Made by a program: the position numbers and the translations under genes
Assembly: GCA_016748015.1 (NCBI GenBank)
Contig: JAAOMT010000591.1
Coordinates: 915,050 to 979,049, forward strand
DNA from: Geosiphon pyriformis uo1
Taxonomy: Eukaryota; Fungi; Glomeromycota
DNA: 64,000 nucleotides
Direction: 5' to 3'
The notes under the pieces: generated by a model
The model's input: the letters and a program-made list of their open reading frames with translations, nothing else
What the model was told of the DNA's origin: nothing
Database searches by the model: none
Shown here: one piece after another, positions 50,501-64,000 of the stretch
Numbering within the stretch: position 1 is the first letter of the stretch
How the letters are laid out: each line of letters opens with the position of its first letter

Positions 50501-50700
50501 ATTTATAAACAGAATTGCAACAAATTGTACTTTAAAGTTTCGAATCTGTGTTTTTCAATTACAATTAAAAGATTTGCTAGAAAAACTTGGTTATATAGAA
50601 AAGGAATTTGTGATAAAACTTACAGAATATGCAGTTAAAAAATACAAGTCTCAGAAGAATTCCAGATAGTATTTTAAAAGAATTAAATCAAGTTTATATT
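47530..50700 (+). mobile_element. Near-erased AT-rich TE block; 3' part (~49700-50690) is a Tc1/IS630-like DDE transposase remnant
   Basis: IFAFNYSLNYA (~FDNSxxH), NTLITQQICFKLNKKQ, EPDFFTQKSTIAEVIEKA, IFYFKFH*E (~FLPKFHCELN), ENCDY and AVKKYKS. Confidence 0.65.
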
Positions 50701-51207
50701 GAATAAATATATAATTTTATTTTAGTTAATAAAATCGTTTTATATACAATTCCAAATTTCGGAATGATCATCAAAATATGATCATAATTATAAAATAAAA
50801 TTATATTCATTTATTAATTATAAATATTTGGTATTACTACTTAATTTACCCAATAGTATCAAATATAATCTAGAAAAAATAAAAGTTTATTTAATTTAAT
50901 TGCCTCGTGTGCGGGTAAACTCGCTTTTTGGTTAATGTTCAATTAACTTCTACCGGATTTATCAATATGGTAGGTTACTATTGAATAGAGTAGTCAGACC
51001 ATCGGATAATCATGATCGGTGACTTTCGAAACTCTAAAATAGAGATTATCAGAAATTTCTCCGCATAATATAAATATCACATTCTGCTACTTCAGGACTT
51101 GACCTTTGACGTTCTATTGACTTAGATACCGCTTATAGATCGTATAAATAGGTTGGATTTTCCCTCGTGTAAATAAACAGATTGGCTTCACAAGCAGCAT
51201 TTGAGCT

Positions 51208-53534
<2,327 letters not shown>

Positions 53535-53763
53535 ATTAGACAGAATTAATCCAAGACGAGACACAACCTTTTCGCTCTTTAATATCATGTAAATTTTGGG
53601 TTAAAATAATTGATAATACCTTATTTATTTATTATAGGTGCTCAAGAAATACAAATGTGAATTTTCCAGACGAAATTAGTTTTACATTTTTGGATGTATT
53701 TATAATTAATTACAAAAAAGCTATTCAATATTCCCATGGCAATTTTATCGTGCTCTTCTTAGC

Positions 53764-55600
53764 CAAATAATTCATTAAGGAATTATTTGCCACCTGGTCG
53801 CCACGGTGAGGCGAGAGCAATTAAGACCAGGCCCATGGGCGAATCCGACGGGAGGCAAGAGAACCCAGGTTGAGAATGGAGTGAAAATGTACGAGGAAAT
53901 TAGCTAGCCAAAGAAACCATCGAACCACTGGACAGATGCGAGTTTGGGCAATGCACCGAGAAAGTTATTAACGTCAAGACTATTAAGTTGAACAAGGCGC
54001 TTTCCCACACCTGATACTCCATTACAGTTAATAGGCTGAATCATGGTGTCGCTAAGGTGGGGTATGGGGGACTCGAATCCTCGTCAAAGTCTTAGGAGTT
54101 GGGAGAGTCCTAACTCAGGGTCTGCAATTAAAACTGAAAGATCTGATCGTACGCAGCATTCGCGTTTCGTGTACTGTAACGTTTCTAAAAGAAAATAAAA
54201 TCAATATCCTACACGCAGGTAACTGAACATGGAGAAATGCCCTGTAATTGCAGGGGCATGCCCTTGATTTCAAGGTAGGAAGTCTTCAATTTGTGAGGTG
54301 TCCCGCCTCACCAACCGCTTTGGAATATTTGCAATTCTTCCATAAACTGATCGAGGACCGCTCCGAACCCAAAGACAAGAATATAAAGTGGGTTAAATAA
54401 TGAAAAAATTAGGCATTTACAATCATTTCAGAAGGCAATTTCTTACCAAAACAAACCAAAGGATTTTGTAGGGAGGAAATTCAAAAACCGAGAAATGACA
54501 GTGAGTATCCGAACAATTGGGGAAAATACAAAACATTTATACTGCCCTTAACATCTAATCGAATGGAAGGTAAAGCTGAAAATTTAAAAGGATATTCCGT
54601 GGCTCTCTTTACCGTCACACCTACTCGCAGTTGTCTTGGGCCGTAAAACACTTGGACCGATTCCGAGCAAGCTTCCAACATTTTCAAGACTAAAAAGCAA
54701 AAAGTCAAACCCGGGCGAACCACAGGTAGAAGAAAACTGTCGCATTTGGTATAAGGTGTCTAAAGCTCAAGGGGCAAAAGGATGAATAAATGGGGATGAA
54801 AAAGCCACGGAANNNNNNNNNNNNNNNNNNNNTACACGCAGGTAACTGAACATGGAGAAATGCCCTGTAATTGCAGGGGCATGCCCTTGATTTCAAGGTA
54901 GGAAGTCTTCAATTTGTGAGGTGTCCCGCCTCACCAACCGCTTTGGAATATTTGCAATTCTTCCATAAACTGATCGAGGACCGCTCCGAACCCAAAGACA
55001 AGAATATAAAGTGGGTTAAATAATGAAAAAATTAGGCATTTACAATCATTTCAGAAGGCAATTTCTTACCAAAACAAACCAAAGGATTTTGTAGGGAGGA
55101 AATTCAAAAACCGAGAAATGACAGTGAGTATCCGAACAATTGGGGAAAATACAAAACATTTATACTGCCCTTAACATCTAATCGAATGGAAGGTAAAGCT
55201 GAAAATTTAAAAGGATATTCCGTGGCTCTCTTTACCGTCACACCTACTCGCAGTTGTCTTGGGCCGTAAAACACTTGGACCGATTCCGAGCAAGCTTCCA
55301 ACATTTTCAAGACTAAAAAGCAAAAAGTCAAACCCGGGCGAACCACAGGTAGAAGAAAACTGTCGCATTTGGTATAAGGTGTCTAAAGCTCAAGGGGCAA
55401 AAGGATGAATAAATGGGGATGAAAAAGCCACGGAATACCAAAGCTCATAGGAAATGTATGGATTAATATTCTGTAGAGGAAGAGGTTTACAACAAAGGAA
55501 AAGTAACATAAAAGTATAACCTGAAAACTTTGAAAATAGGTGATTGAAACTGGGTAAAGAACATAAGTATATTTTACCATGAAAAAGAGAAAAAAGGATT
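53764..55600. ncRNA. Unassigned GC-balanced, CpG-retaining, ORF-less island with several hairpins; candidate structured/long ncRNA
   Basis: No recognisable protein in six frames. Hairpins at 53764-53789, 53793-53831, 54096-54116, 54237-54259, 54262-54275 and 54293-54311. Confidence 0.3.
54210..55435. repeat. Exact ~600-bp tandem duplication around a 20-N gap (likely scaffolding artefact)
   Basis: 54210-54812 and 54833-55435 appear identical and abut the N run. Confidence 0.85.
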
Positions 55601-55718
55601 GAACTAAAGTGAAAGGAAATAACCTATCTTCATGTTTTAAAGACGAGATTGGGTTGATTCAAAGGATTCTTATATATTGTTAGGGGGATCGACAATCAAA
55701 AACAAAAACAAAAAAACG

Positions 55719-55746
55719 GTGCGACGCGTCGAGGCGCGTCGTTGCG
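55719..55746. promoter_or_regulatory. CpG-rich palindromic cluster with MCB-like (ACGCGT/GCGCGT) sites upstream of TSR2
   Basis: GTGCGACGCGTCGAGGCGCGTCGTTGCG in an otherwise AT-rich intergenic region. Confidence 0.4.
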
Positions 55747-55885
55747 AATGATCTTATTTTCTAAAGGATTTGATTGTTATTGATAGCGATCAGACTATTT
55801 ATGCCAAAAACTATTATGTTATTGGTCCAAAATTTTAGTTTTTTCTGAAGCCCAACTAATTATTACTCATATCATAATAGCCCCA

Positions 55886-56624
55886 ATGTCTTCATCTACC
55901 GATACAAGACCGAATTTTCCCTCCGAATCGCTTGCACACTTTTCGAATGGGGTAGCCCTTCTATTACATTCCTGGACTGCCTTAAAACTGGCGGTTGATG
56001 GTCAATGGGGTGGCGTTGATTCCGAGGATAAGCGGGGGTGGCTGGCTGGTGTGGTGGTAGAGCAGTTTGAGAAAAGTGAGAATTTTTCAATGTTCATTTG
56101 GATATAGACATACGTAGAGTTTAAAAAATACCATATTAATTCACGATCTCACACAAATAGATGGAAAAGATACTTATCCGGAGGATATTGAATCAGTTCT
56201 TATCCTGGTGATGACAGAAGAATTCAATACCCTGCTCGAAGATGATTCAGCATATCAGGTAAAAAGGAAAATCAATTTATTGTTAGATATTCTCATCACT
56301 TATCCGTTTGTCCACATCTTGCAGTTATCCCAAGATTTAGTAAACTTGTATCAAGACTGCGTGGAAGGCAACTATGTTACAGTCGCCATGTTACAGGAAA
56401 GGCATCAAAGATTTATGAATCAGATTTCCACTTCAAATAAAGCTAAGATTGATAATGACAATGATAGTAGTGATGGGAACAGTAACGAGGAGAGTGACCA
56501 AGATGAATCAATGTATACTGGGTCAAGTGAAATGGAGGGGAATAGTACAAATAACCTTTGTGATTCACAACCGCCTATTGTAGACGAAGAGGGATTTCAA
56601 TTGGTAAAGCGACATCGGCGATAA
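55886..56624 (+). CDS. TSR2: Pre-rRNA-processing protein Tsr2 (multi-exon)
   Basis: WTALKLAVDGQWGG..EDKRGWL; EEFNTLLEDDS; acidic tail with VDEEGFQLV. Confidence 0.92.
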
Positions 56625-56696
56625 CCTTGATGGCTGACCTACATTATCCTAATCCACCTGTGTCTATTATCGCCCTCTATAAAAGACTTCAGTTGT

Positions 56697-59212
56697 TTAT
56701 TCTTTATATTTATCTTTTATGTATTCTTTGCATTTTTCTTTTGTTCCTTCAGGATGTTCCAATTGCCATTCCAACACCCATTGCTGGTACTCTTTAAAAC
56801 CTGGTCCCATTCGTATATCCAGTAGTTGGATGATTTCTTTACCCTACAAAATTTTCATTTACTTTAACAAGATAGAATTTTTAAGAAAACAACGAACAAT
56901 TCTTACGTTAATAATAGGCTTGATTTCGTAGGCGTCTTGCAAGCCTAACTCTCTAATTCGATTTATCAGTTTATTGAATCTTTGGATCATGTGCAGACTA
57001 TTTTCATTTAAAGCTTCAAAAGCCAGAAAGAAAAATTTGATTGAGATTAGAAATGAAGATTAGAAATGAAGATTGAGAAACCACAACAACTTACTCGGCT
57101 GATATTCAATATCTTTTCCCTTCGGCAATAGCTCTAATGCTAGTCCTAAAATTAAAGCCATTGGCCATTTATCTCCAATTTTTCGTATCAACAGACCTAT
57201 TAAAAAAAGTTAATCAATCCAGTTACGTTCTTAGAAAATTCAAATAAGATAATGATTACCGAGGTAAACCCTATCCAAAGGAGTCGCTTCGTTTTTGATT
57301 GCAGCCGAGTTTAGTGGCCCCATCGCATCAAATAATTTAGTAATATTATCAATGTCGGAATTTGGTAGCTGAAAAATCCAAGTTAAAATTCAATAATTCA
57401 TATTTGCTGAGTGCCAATGATTATAATGAAAGGGATTGCCAAAACCTTTAAGCTTTTTCGAATAATTGAAGAAACAGCTGGAACTTCTCTTTTACCATCT
57501 TGTACAACCACATTTAAATAAGGAACTAGAATTGATGCAAGATACAATGATCTGACTTCTGCCAATGGTCGAATGGAAATATCGGGATCAAGGGTGCTTT
57601 CACCTGACGAAATTAACCTATTAACAAATTAAAGAGTTTAGAAGTTACCTTTTTGCTCGGAGAAGCAAATTATTTATTCTCACCATTTTAAGATTCTGGA
57701 GACATTTACACCCATAATTGGTTTATGAATAATTCCAGAAATTATTGTCGTTTGAGATGGTGGAATGAATATAATCTCATAAAGATTGAATGATTGAATG
57801 AGTTCAAAAGAATGTAGGGGATCACTTGCTGGAATGATCGGATAACTATTAGAGTGGAAAACAATCAAAAGCAAAGGAATATTGTTCACGGAGTATACAT
57901 ACCTTTGATCATTTTATCAATCTCTATTCCCACACGTTCTCTACTAATCTTTGACAACAAAGCCACCTTTAATAGACCAAAATATGAATAAGGGTTTAAC
58001 AGCCATGTACAACCCGGGATATAAAAATTGGTTTCACCCTTATAACTTCATTTTTAACAGTTTCTAATATTTCATCCACTATACTGAAATGAAATCGACT
58101 AGCGAAACGTATACATCGAAGGACACGTAGGGGATCGTCCAAGAATGTTTGATATGCGGGAAGCGGTGTTCTAATCAATCCAAGCGACAAATCCTCAAGA
58201 CCCTGCAAAAACATTAACCGGTTCAATGATTCTTAAGGGGATTTTTGATAAACGTTAACAGTAAAATCTGTTATCATAGAAACAAACTTTTTCTGTGAAA
58301 TCTTCAACTTGTCGCGTATGTATATTGTAGAATAATGCGTTGATCGTGATATCCCGACGCAATGCATCTTCTTTTGGTGTACCAAAAACCTATACATAAG
58401 GTTAGATTTAATAGATAGACGCACCATAATTCATTTGATTTTTTCAAAATACTCACGACTTTCTTCGGGATTCGACTATCCTCTTGATAGACTTCACTCC
58501 TTAAATTTACAAAATCTACTTCAAGCCCTAATACTTTTGTTGCGGCGGTCTGCAAATGTTTCGATCTATCAGGATTTTTTTCAATTTTGCCTATTGAACT
58601 TACTGGGTAGTTGTTTTCACAAAGATACTTGTTCACAAGTTTGGCAAATTCAAAACCCATCATTAAACTAAGGGCCACATCAAGATCATTACACTCTAAT
58701 CCGAGAAGCTGATATATTGAATTGAAAAATCAAGACATTGAGGAAGACTAAAGTTAAAGAAGCCCACTTTAAACGTACAGAATCATCAATAGTTTTGAGT
58801 AGAAAAGGCTCACTTTATCACGAACCCATCCACCAGCAATTCTTAAAGTTAAGTCGGCCATTTCTGGTTTATCTTTTTTCAACAATTCAGTAACATCAGT
58901 CAAGATATTGCATATTTTTGTTTCCTGTTCTGTCAAGAGGATTTTCATATCCGTTTTTACTATACGTGTATTGTTAAGAGGTCCATAAGAAATAGTAGTC
59001 GAAGGACCTGCTGGAAGAGTGTCTTTTGACCCAGAATAGGGTTTGTGCCGAAATTGTGGCAAAGACTTGTTGGTCGGGTCGGACGGCAGTTTGGCAAACC
59101 TTGTAGGAATAATTTTGGAAATAAACAGTGGCCAAACTCTAGCTTTTGGTTTGTCAAGTTTGCTCTTTAATCTTCTAGCTTCAGAATAAAAGTATTGAAA
59201 AACGCGTTTCAT
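56697..59212 (-). CDS. CCA1: tRNA nucleotidyltransferase (CCA-adding enzyme), multi-exon
   Basis: LRIAGGWVRDK; DLDVAL; NPDRSKHLQTA; VDFVNLRSEVY; RRDITINALFYN; TFLDDPLRVLRCIRFASRF; KISRERVGIE. Confidence 0.95.
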
Positions 59213-59439
59213 TAGCTTTAGCTATCAAAGTTTCGTCATCGTAAATAGTCCGCTAAAATCTTCTTTGGCCAATCAAAATTTTAAGAAAATGGATCAAATT
59301 TTCTTGAAAATTTGGCCCTTGAGCCCTGACTTTGTTGGATTTAAAGTGACCTTTGATTCCGATTTTTTTTAAAACATGCTGCGCATTATATGTTGAATTC
59401 TTATTCTCGAGGACTAGTCACATTTTCCCTTTACCCAAG

Positions 59440-60451
59440 ATGCAGTGGCGAGTATTCAGTTCATTGTCAAACTCCTTGCATAGTGTCAACATTAAAACTA
59501 AAATTTTCTTGTGCACAAATCATAAGTCACGTCTACTTCCCAATGAAAACTTGAAAATTTCGCGTCTTAATGTTACTTTAAATTCACTTCTCGGAAAAAT
59601 GTCTTCACAAAGCTTTTCTCATTCAAGATTCCTTTCTAGTGATGAAAAGAATAAAAATGATAAAAAACACACATTAGACATCAAACCCCAAAAAATGGAC
59701 CGTGAGCTCCTATATATTGGCCCATTAGGTAGAACAGTCAAACAATTTAAGTGGTTCTCATTTTTGGTGGGGTCTTGCGGTTATGCCCTTACCCCTTACA
59801 TACTTGCTGTGGGCAAGGAACCTGTGATTGGGAGTATTTTAGGTAGGTTTTTATTCACGAAGCTTTTGATTTTAATTTTGGATCTGACTAGTTCCAATTA
59901 ATTTGAAAATGCTTGTCGGACATGATTTGTATTATTCTTCCCTGATCCCAGTTGGAATAGCTTCTCTAATCCCAATCATTTTGGTAAATTTCGTAAGCGC
60001 CCCCTACGTGTCTCGCTTTTATATTGAGATCCCGCGTAGCATTCGTCTAAGAGCCAGGAAAGCCTCATTCAATCCGAAACTCTTGTCACCTGAAAACGGT
60101 GATCCTTTTCTCATTTTTGAACGTTACGATTGGTTGGGCAGGTTATATGAAACACGGGTACCGCTAAGCGAATTGCAAATGAATAAAAGAAGCTATCGAA
60201 TGGCCTTGTGGGAACAAGTCAAAAATAATGGGGATAAAGGTACAAGGTTGAGTCACATGATTTCAGCAGAGGGGTTGTTTTTTGTGGAGAAAAAATCCTT
60301 AAAAGAGGATACTTACACAAGTGCATTGCTCGATTGGATCGAAAATAATTCTGAATGGTATGTGAAAAGAAAAATTCAGGAAAAAGCTGAGCTAGAACAA
60401 TGGGTGCGCTATACAGAGCCACAGGCAAAACAGAATGCTAAAAAAGATTAA
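59440..60451 (+). CDS. Mitochondrial membrane protein, TMEM70/TMEM186/TMEM223-like (one intron)
   Basis: Ser/Arg/Lys-rich presequence-like N-terminus; LLYIGPLGRTVKQFKWFS; two hydrophobic segments; PYVSRFYI. Confidence 0.6.
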
Positions 60452-61324
60452 AAGCTTTATGATTTATCTTTTTGCCATTTTTTTTGTAAAATTTTTCCTA
60501 AATGATATGATCATTTTAATTCTAAAGTAAGGACTTGGTTCAAAGAACAGAAATTCTTAAATCGACATTTAAAGTTAAAAAATACAGTTTAAAATTTTCA
60601 TAAATACAAGCTTTGCATTTATTAAATCCTTATTGTTTTATATACTATTTATATTTTTTGTTAATGTTTTTGTATTTTTCAAATTTTTATGAAAATCACA
60701 ATAATAATTTATTAAATATTAATATAAAAAATTTTAATACATTAAATTTATTATTATTATAAATTAATTATTGTAATTACCAAGAAGCTGTTAAAAAAAA
60801 AACTTTGAGTTTTTGTAAAGTAGTGGAATTAATATTAATTAAAAATAAAAACTTGTAATTTGCTAAGCAATATTAATTTTTTTTAACCATTTTTGTAAAA
60901 ACTTATTTCCGTTTTAAAAAATAAAGAAATTAAAATGACTTGTCCAAAAGCTCGTAATTGAAAAAATTGTTCAGCGTGTGAATATGACATAAGGTATAGT
61001 TGGGATAACTGCATTGCATCCCAGTTCAAATTTTTTGAATCCAATCTATATTCCACCTAATCAATCTAATAATTATTATTAGAAAGAGAGTGTTTGCTAC
61101 AATTCATAAAGCAACCTTAATTAATGAATTAATTAATAATTATATTTAGTTATCATTGTCATCAAAACTGCAGAGCCCAAGACGCAGCGTGAAAGAGAAG
61201 TTGGTAATAGCTGCATTTTGGGAAAAGGCTGATATGCATTTGATTGATAAGCATGACCAAGTAATTAACTGATTAGTATTTTTATTTATAGAAAAATTTT
61301 TCAGCGGCACAATTTTTATCTGTC

Positions 61325-64000
61325 ATGACGAAAAAGCAAAAAACTAGTAGTGGAGGGTCAACTTTGAAACGGCTGAAAACTTCTTTAAAAGAAGCAGGGT
61401 TAATAAGATCGGGGTCCCAGCATACAAGTAGCAAAAAAAGCCGCAAGGGAAAACCTGCGGGACCTGGGAAATCCATTTTGCAAAACAAGTTAGAGTCGGA
61501 CAACCCCTTTGAAATCAAAGTTACTCGCGAGAAACATGTAGTTTTAGGCAGAAAAGTGAAGGGCGTTAGAGGACGGCCCGGGCTTAACAAACACATAGGG
61601 AATGAGAATGTAAGGCCATTTTATAGTTGGAATCCTCACGCATTCATAATTATAGATTCATATTTATGCTCAAAAATTCAAATGATGCATACCAGCGTAA
61701 GAAAACTATTTTAGTAGAATTAGAGAAAAAGAATAAAGCTGGTGGCGTTATTGATCGCCGTTTCGGTGAGAATAATCCTCACCTAACACTAGAAGAAAAA
61801 ATGTTGGAAAGATTTACTAAAGAACGACAAAATCGCAGAAGTACGAGATCCTCATTATTTAATCTTGAAGCGGATGAAGATCTTACTCATTATGGGCAAT
61901 CATTGGCCGAAATTGATGATTTTGATGGGTTGGATTTTGGGTTGAGTGAAGGTGACGAGCATGGAATCGATAAGGGCTTTATTGATCCCAAGACAGTGAG
62001 CCAAAATCATTTTGGGGGATTTGCGGAAGAAAATGAATCACATATTCCACTTCAACGGATAAAATCAAAAAAAGAAGTAATGGAAGAAGTGATTGGAAAG
62101 AGTAAAATGCACAAGTACGAAAGACAACTTGAGAAAGAACAAGATGAACGTGTTAGGATTGAATTAGATGAAGAATTGAATCAGATTCGTGGGTTGCTTA
62201 CCGTATCTTTTGAGAAATCGCAAAATGATGCTTTACCATATAAAAAGTCTGTCCAAATATCGCCATTTTCAAAAAGACCTCAACGTGAGTCTCAACAAGA
62301 TGCATATGACAAAGTTGTGCGTGAATTGGCGCGTGAGAAACGGGCAAAGCCAACTGATCGACTGAAAACTGAGGAGGAAATAGCATTTGAAGAGAAAGAA
62401 AAATTGGAAAAATTAGAGGTTGGAATTTAAATCCCTACAAAAAAGTCCTATTCAATGATCTAAAATGTTTACTTTGCAAATGATCTCCGATAACTGATCC
62501 TGCCTGTGGATTTAGCGTATGCGAAAAAGACGCATGGAAGGATTAGATTCCGAGGAAGACGAAGAAGAAACTGTTAAAGAGCGCAAACGGCACAAACGGG
62601 CTCCTGTCGGAGATGATTTGGACGACGATTATATTTCTGAAAATGATGATAATGATGATATGTATGGTCTTGGAAAAGGGATAAGCGTTCGAGATTTTCA
62701 GAAAAACTCACAGAGTAATTTTGAGGATGAAGAAGATGATGATGACGATGATGACGACGACGATGATGACGACGACGACGATGATGACGACGACGACGAT
62801 GATGATGACGACAATGATGATGATGATGATGATGACGACGACGATGATGAAGAAGTCTATGATTATGATTATAAAAGGGAAAACCAAAAAGAGGCGGATG
62901 ATGAAGTTGCTTATAAAGTGGAGGATGTCCAAAATGAGGAGAAAGGTAGAGCGAAGGGTGTTGAGATTGGTTATGAAATGGAGGAGGAACATGAGGAGAA
63001 TGATAATGAAGTTGAGAATTTAGGGAATCTACCAAGAAAGTTAAAAACAAAACAAGTGAAAAAAAACACTAAAAACATCTTACATGATATTTATAACGTT
63101 GAAAACCCTCCAAGATCTTCTAGCGCAAAGCGAGATGATTATGAGGATGATATTACTGATTTTGAATTTTGTGAATCTGCCAATGAGTGGGTGCAAAAGA
63201 AAAATTCGGGGAAGGAAAAGGAGTTACCGTATATTTTCTCTTGTCCGAGGACTCTCGAAGAATTTAATTCATTATTGGAGGGCGTAGGAGATCTTGATGT
63301 GGTAACAATAGTCCATCGTATCCGAGTAATTCATCACATTAAACTTGGAGCTGCAAATCGGGAGAAACTAGAGGTTGGTTTATCTATTTTATAGATACAT
63401 TCTGCAATAATTATTTTGCTGATTCTTTCTACTAAATCCTGTGTACAGGTATTCTTTGGAGTTCTGTTAGATTACATAAGTAACAGGACAATGGAGACCT
63501 CCATTCCTATGGAACTGCTTAATAAGCTCATTAAGCATATTTTTGAGCTCGCGCATCAAATCCCCGAAAGAGTGACTCAATATTTCTTGGAACGTCTGTC
63601 CGATATGGGAAGCCGTCTGGCCAAATCAATAGGATCGTCAGGTGTTAGGAATTTCAAGGCGATTTTTCCAACCGCTACTGATCTCATTTTTCTGAGAATA
63701 ATTGGACAGATTTTTCCTACATCGGATCTTCATCACCCAGTAGTGACACCGGCAATGATATTGATGGGTCAATATCTCACCCAGCATACCGTATTGAATG
63801 GAAGAGATTTAGTTAGTGGATTATTTATATGTAATTTATTCCTCGAGGTATTTTATTCAACACTTGGTTCTTTGTTTAATAACAATTATTTGTCTCCACA
63901 TTTTATTCATAAGTTGTTTTTTACAGTATCAAACTCAATCGAAGCGTATATGCCCAGAGGCACTCAATTACCTTAATTCCTTACTCGTTTACCTTGCCCC
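61325..64000 (+). CDS. NOP14: Nucleolar SSU processome protein Nop14 (multi-exon, runs off window)
   Basis: NPFEIK; GGVIDRRFGE; LTHYGQSL; KSKKEVMEEVIGKSKMHKYERQ; AKPTDRLKTEEE; FPTSDLHHPVVTPA. Confidence 0.95.
62723..62854 (+). repeat. (GAY/GAR)n trinucleotide repeat encoding a 44-codon acidic, mostly poly-Asp, tract in Nop14
   Basis: GATGATGATGACGACGAC... in frame within the NOP14 exon. Confidence 0.95.

Noticed and set aside
54210-55435. 600-bp perfect tandem duplication as a biological event
   Set aside because: The copies are identical and meet exactly at a 20-N gap, typical of unmerged overlapping contig ends.
53764-55600. Specific assignment as telomerase RNA, SRP RNA, group I/II intron or rRNA fragment
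   Set aside because: No CTAACCCTAA-type template on either strand. CTGTAATGG (SRP-like) lacks helix 8. GACTA lacks a TAGTC partner. ACGGGAGGCA resembles 16S only over ~10 nt.
62574-63050. His/Arg-rich, Ile/Val-rich and Met/Thr-rich ORFs
   Set aside because: Alternative-frame shadows of the NOP14 (GAY)n repeat.

Overview
Eukaryotic, intron-rich, AT-rich fungal genomic DNA. Gene and TE style suggest an early-diverging Mucoromycota/Glomeromycotina fungus, possibly Geosiphon-like; this is inference only. Compact islands of housekeeping genes (MED7, VMA21, SNU23, MED8, allantoinase DAL1; OST1, SNF8/VPS22, RPC17, dynactin p62, GON7; SLT2-type MAPK, TSR2, CCA1, TMEM70-like, NOP14 partial) alternate with transposon graveyards. 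The TEs are two RNase-H-bearing LINE copies (1-6 kb), a pogo-like DNA transposon arranged as a large inverted duplication (6.75-9.2 kb), a ~19 kb nest of heavily G:C->A:T-mutated Ty3/Gypsy elements carrying a dUTPase (17-35.7 kb), and a nearly erased Tc1/IS630-like element (47.5-50.7 kb). The most notable observations are: the pogo hairpin locus (Mu-killer-like architecture); dUTPase plus a Cys-rich insert in the Gypsy pol; a U5 sequence complementary to the PBS conserved in two LTR families; a LINE 3' stem-loop revealed by independent CpG decay; repeat-confined hypermutation; and an unexplained ORF-less, hairpin-rich island between the MAPK and TSR2. Exon boundaries and TE limits were read by eye and are approximate.
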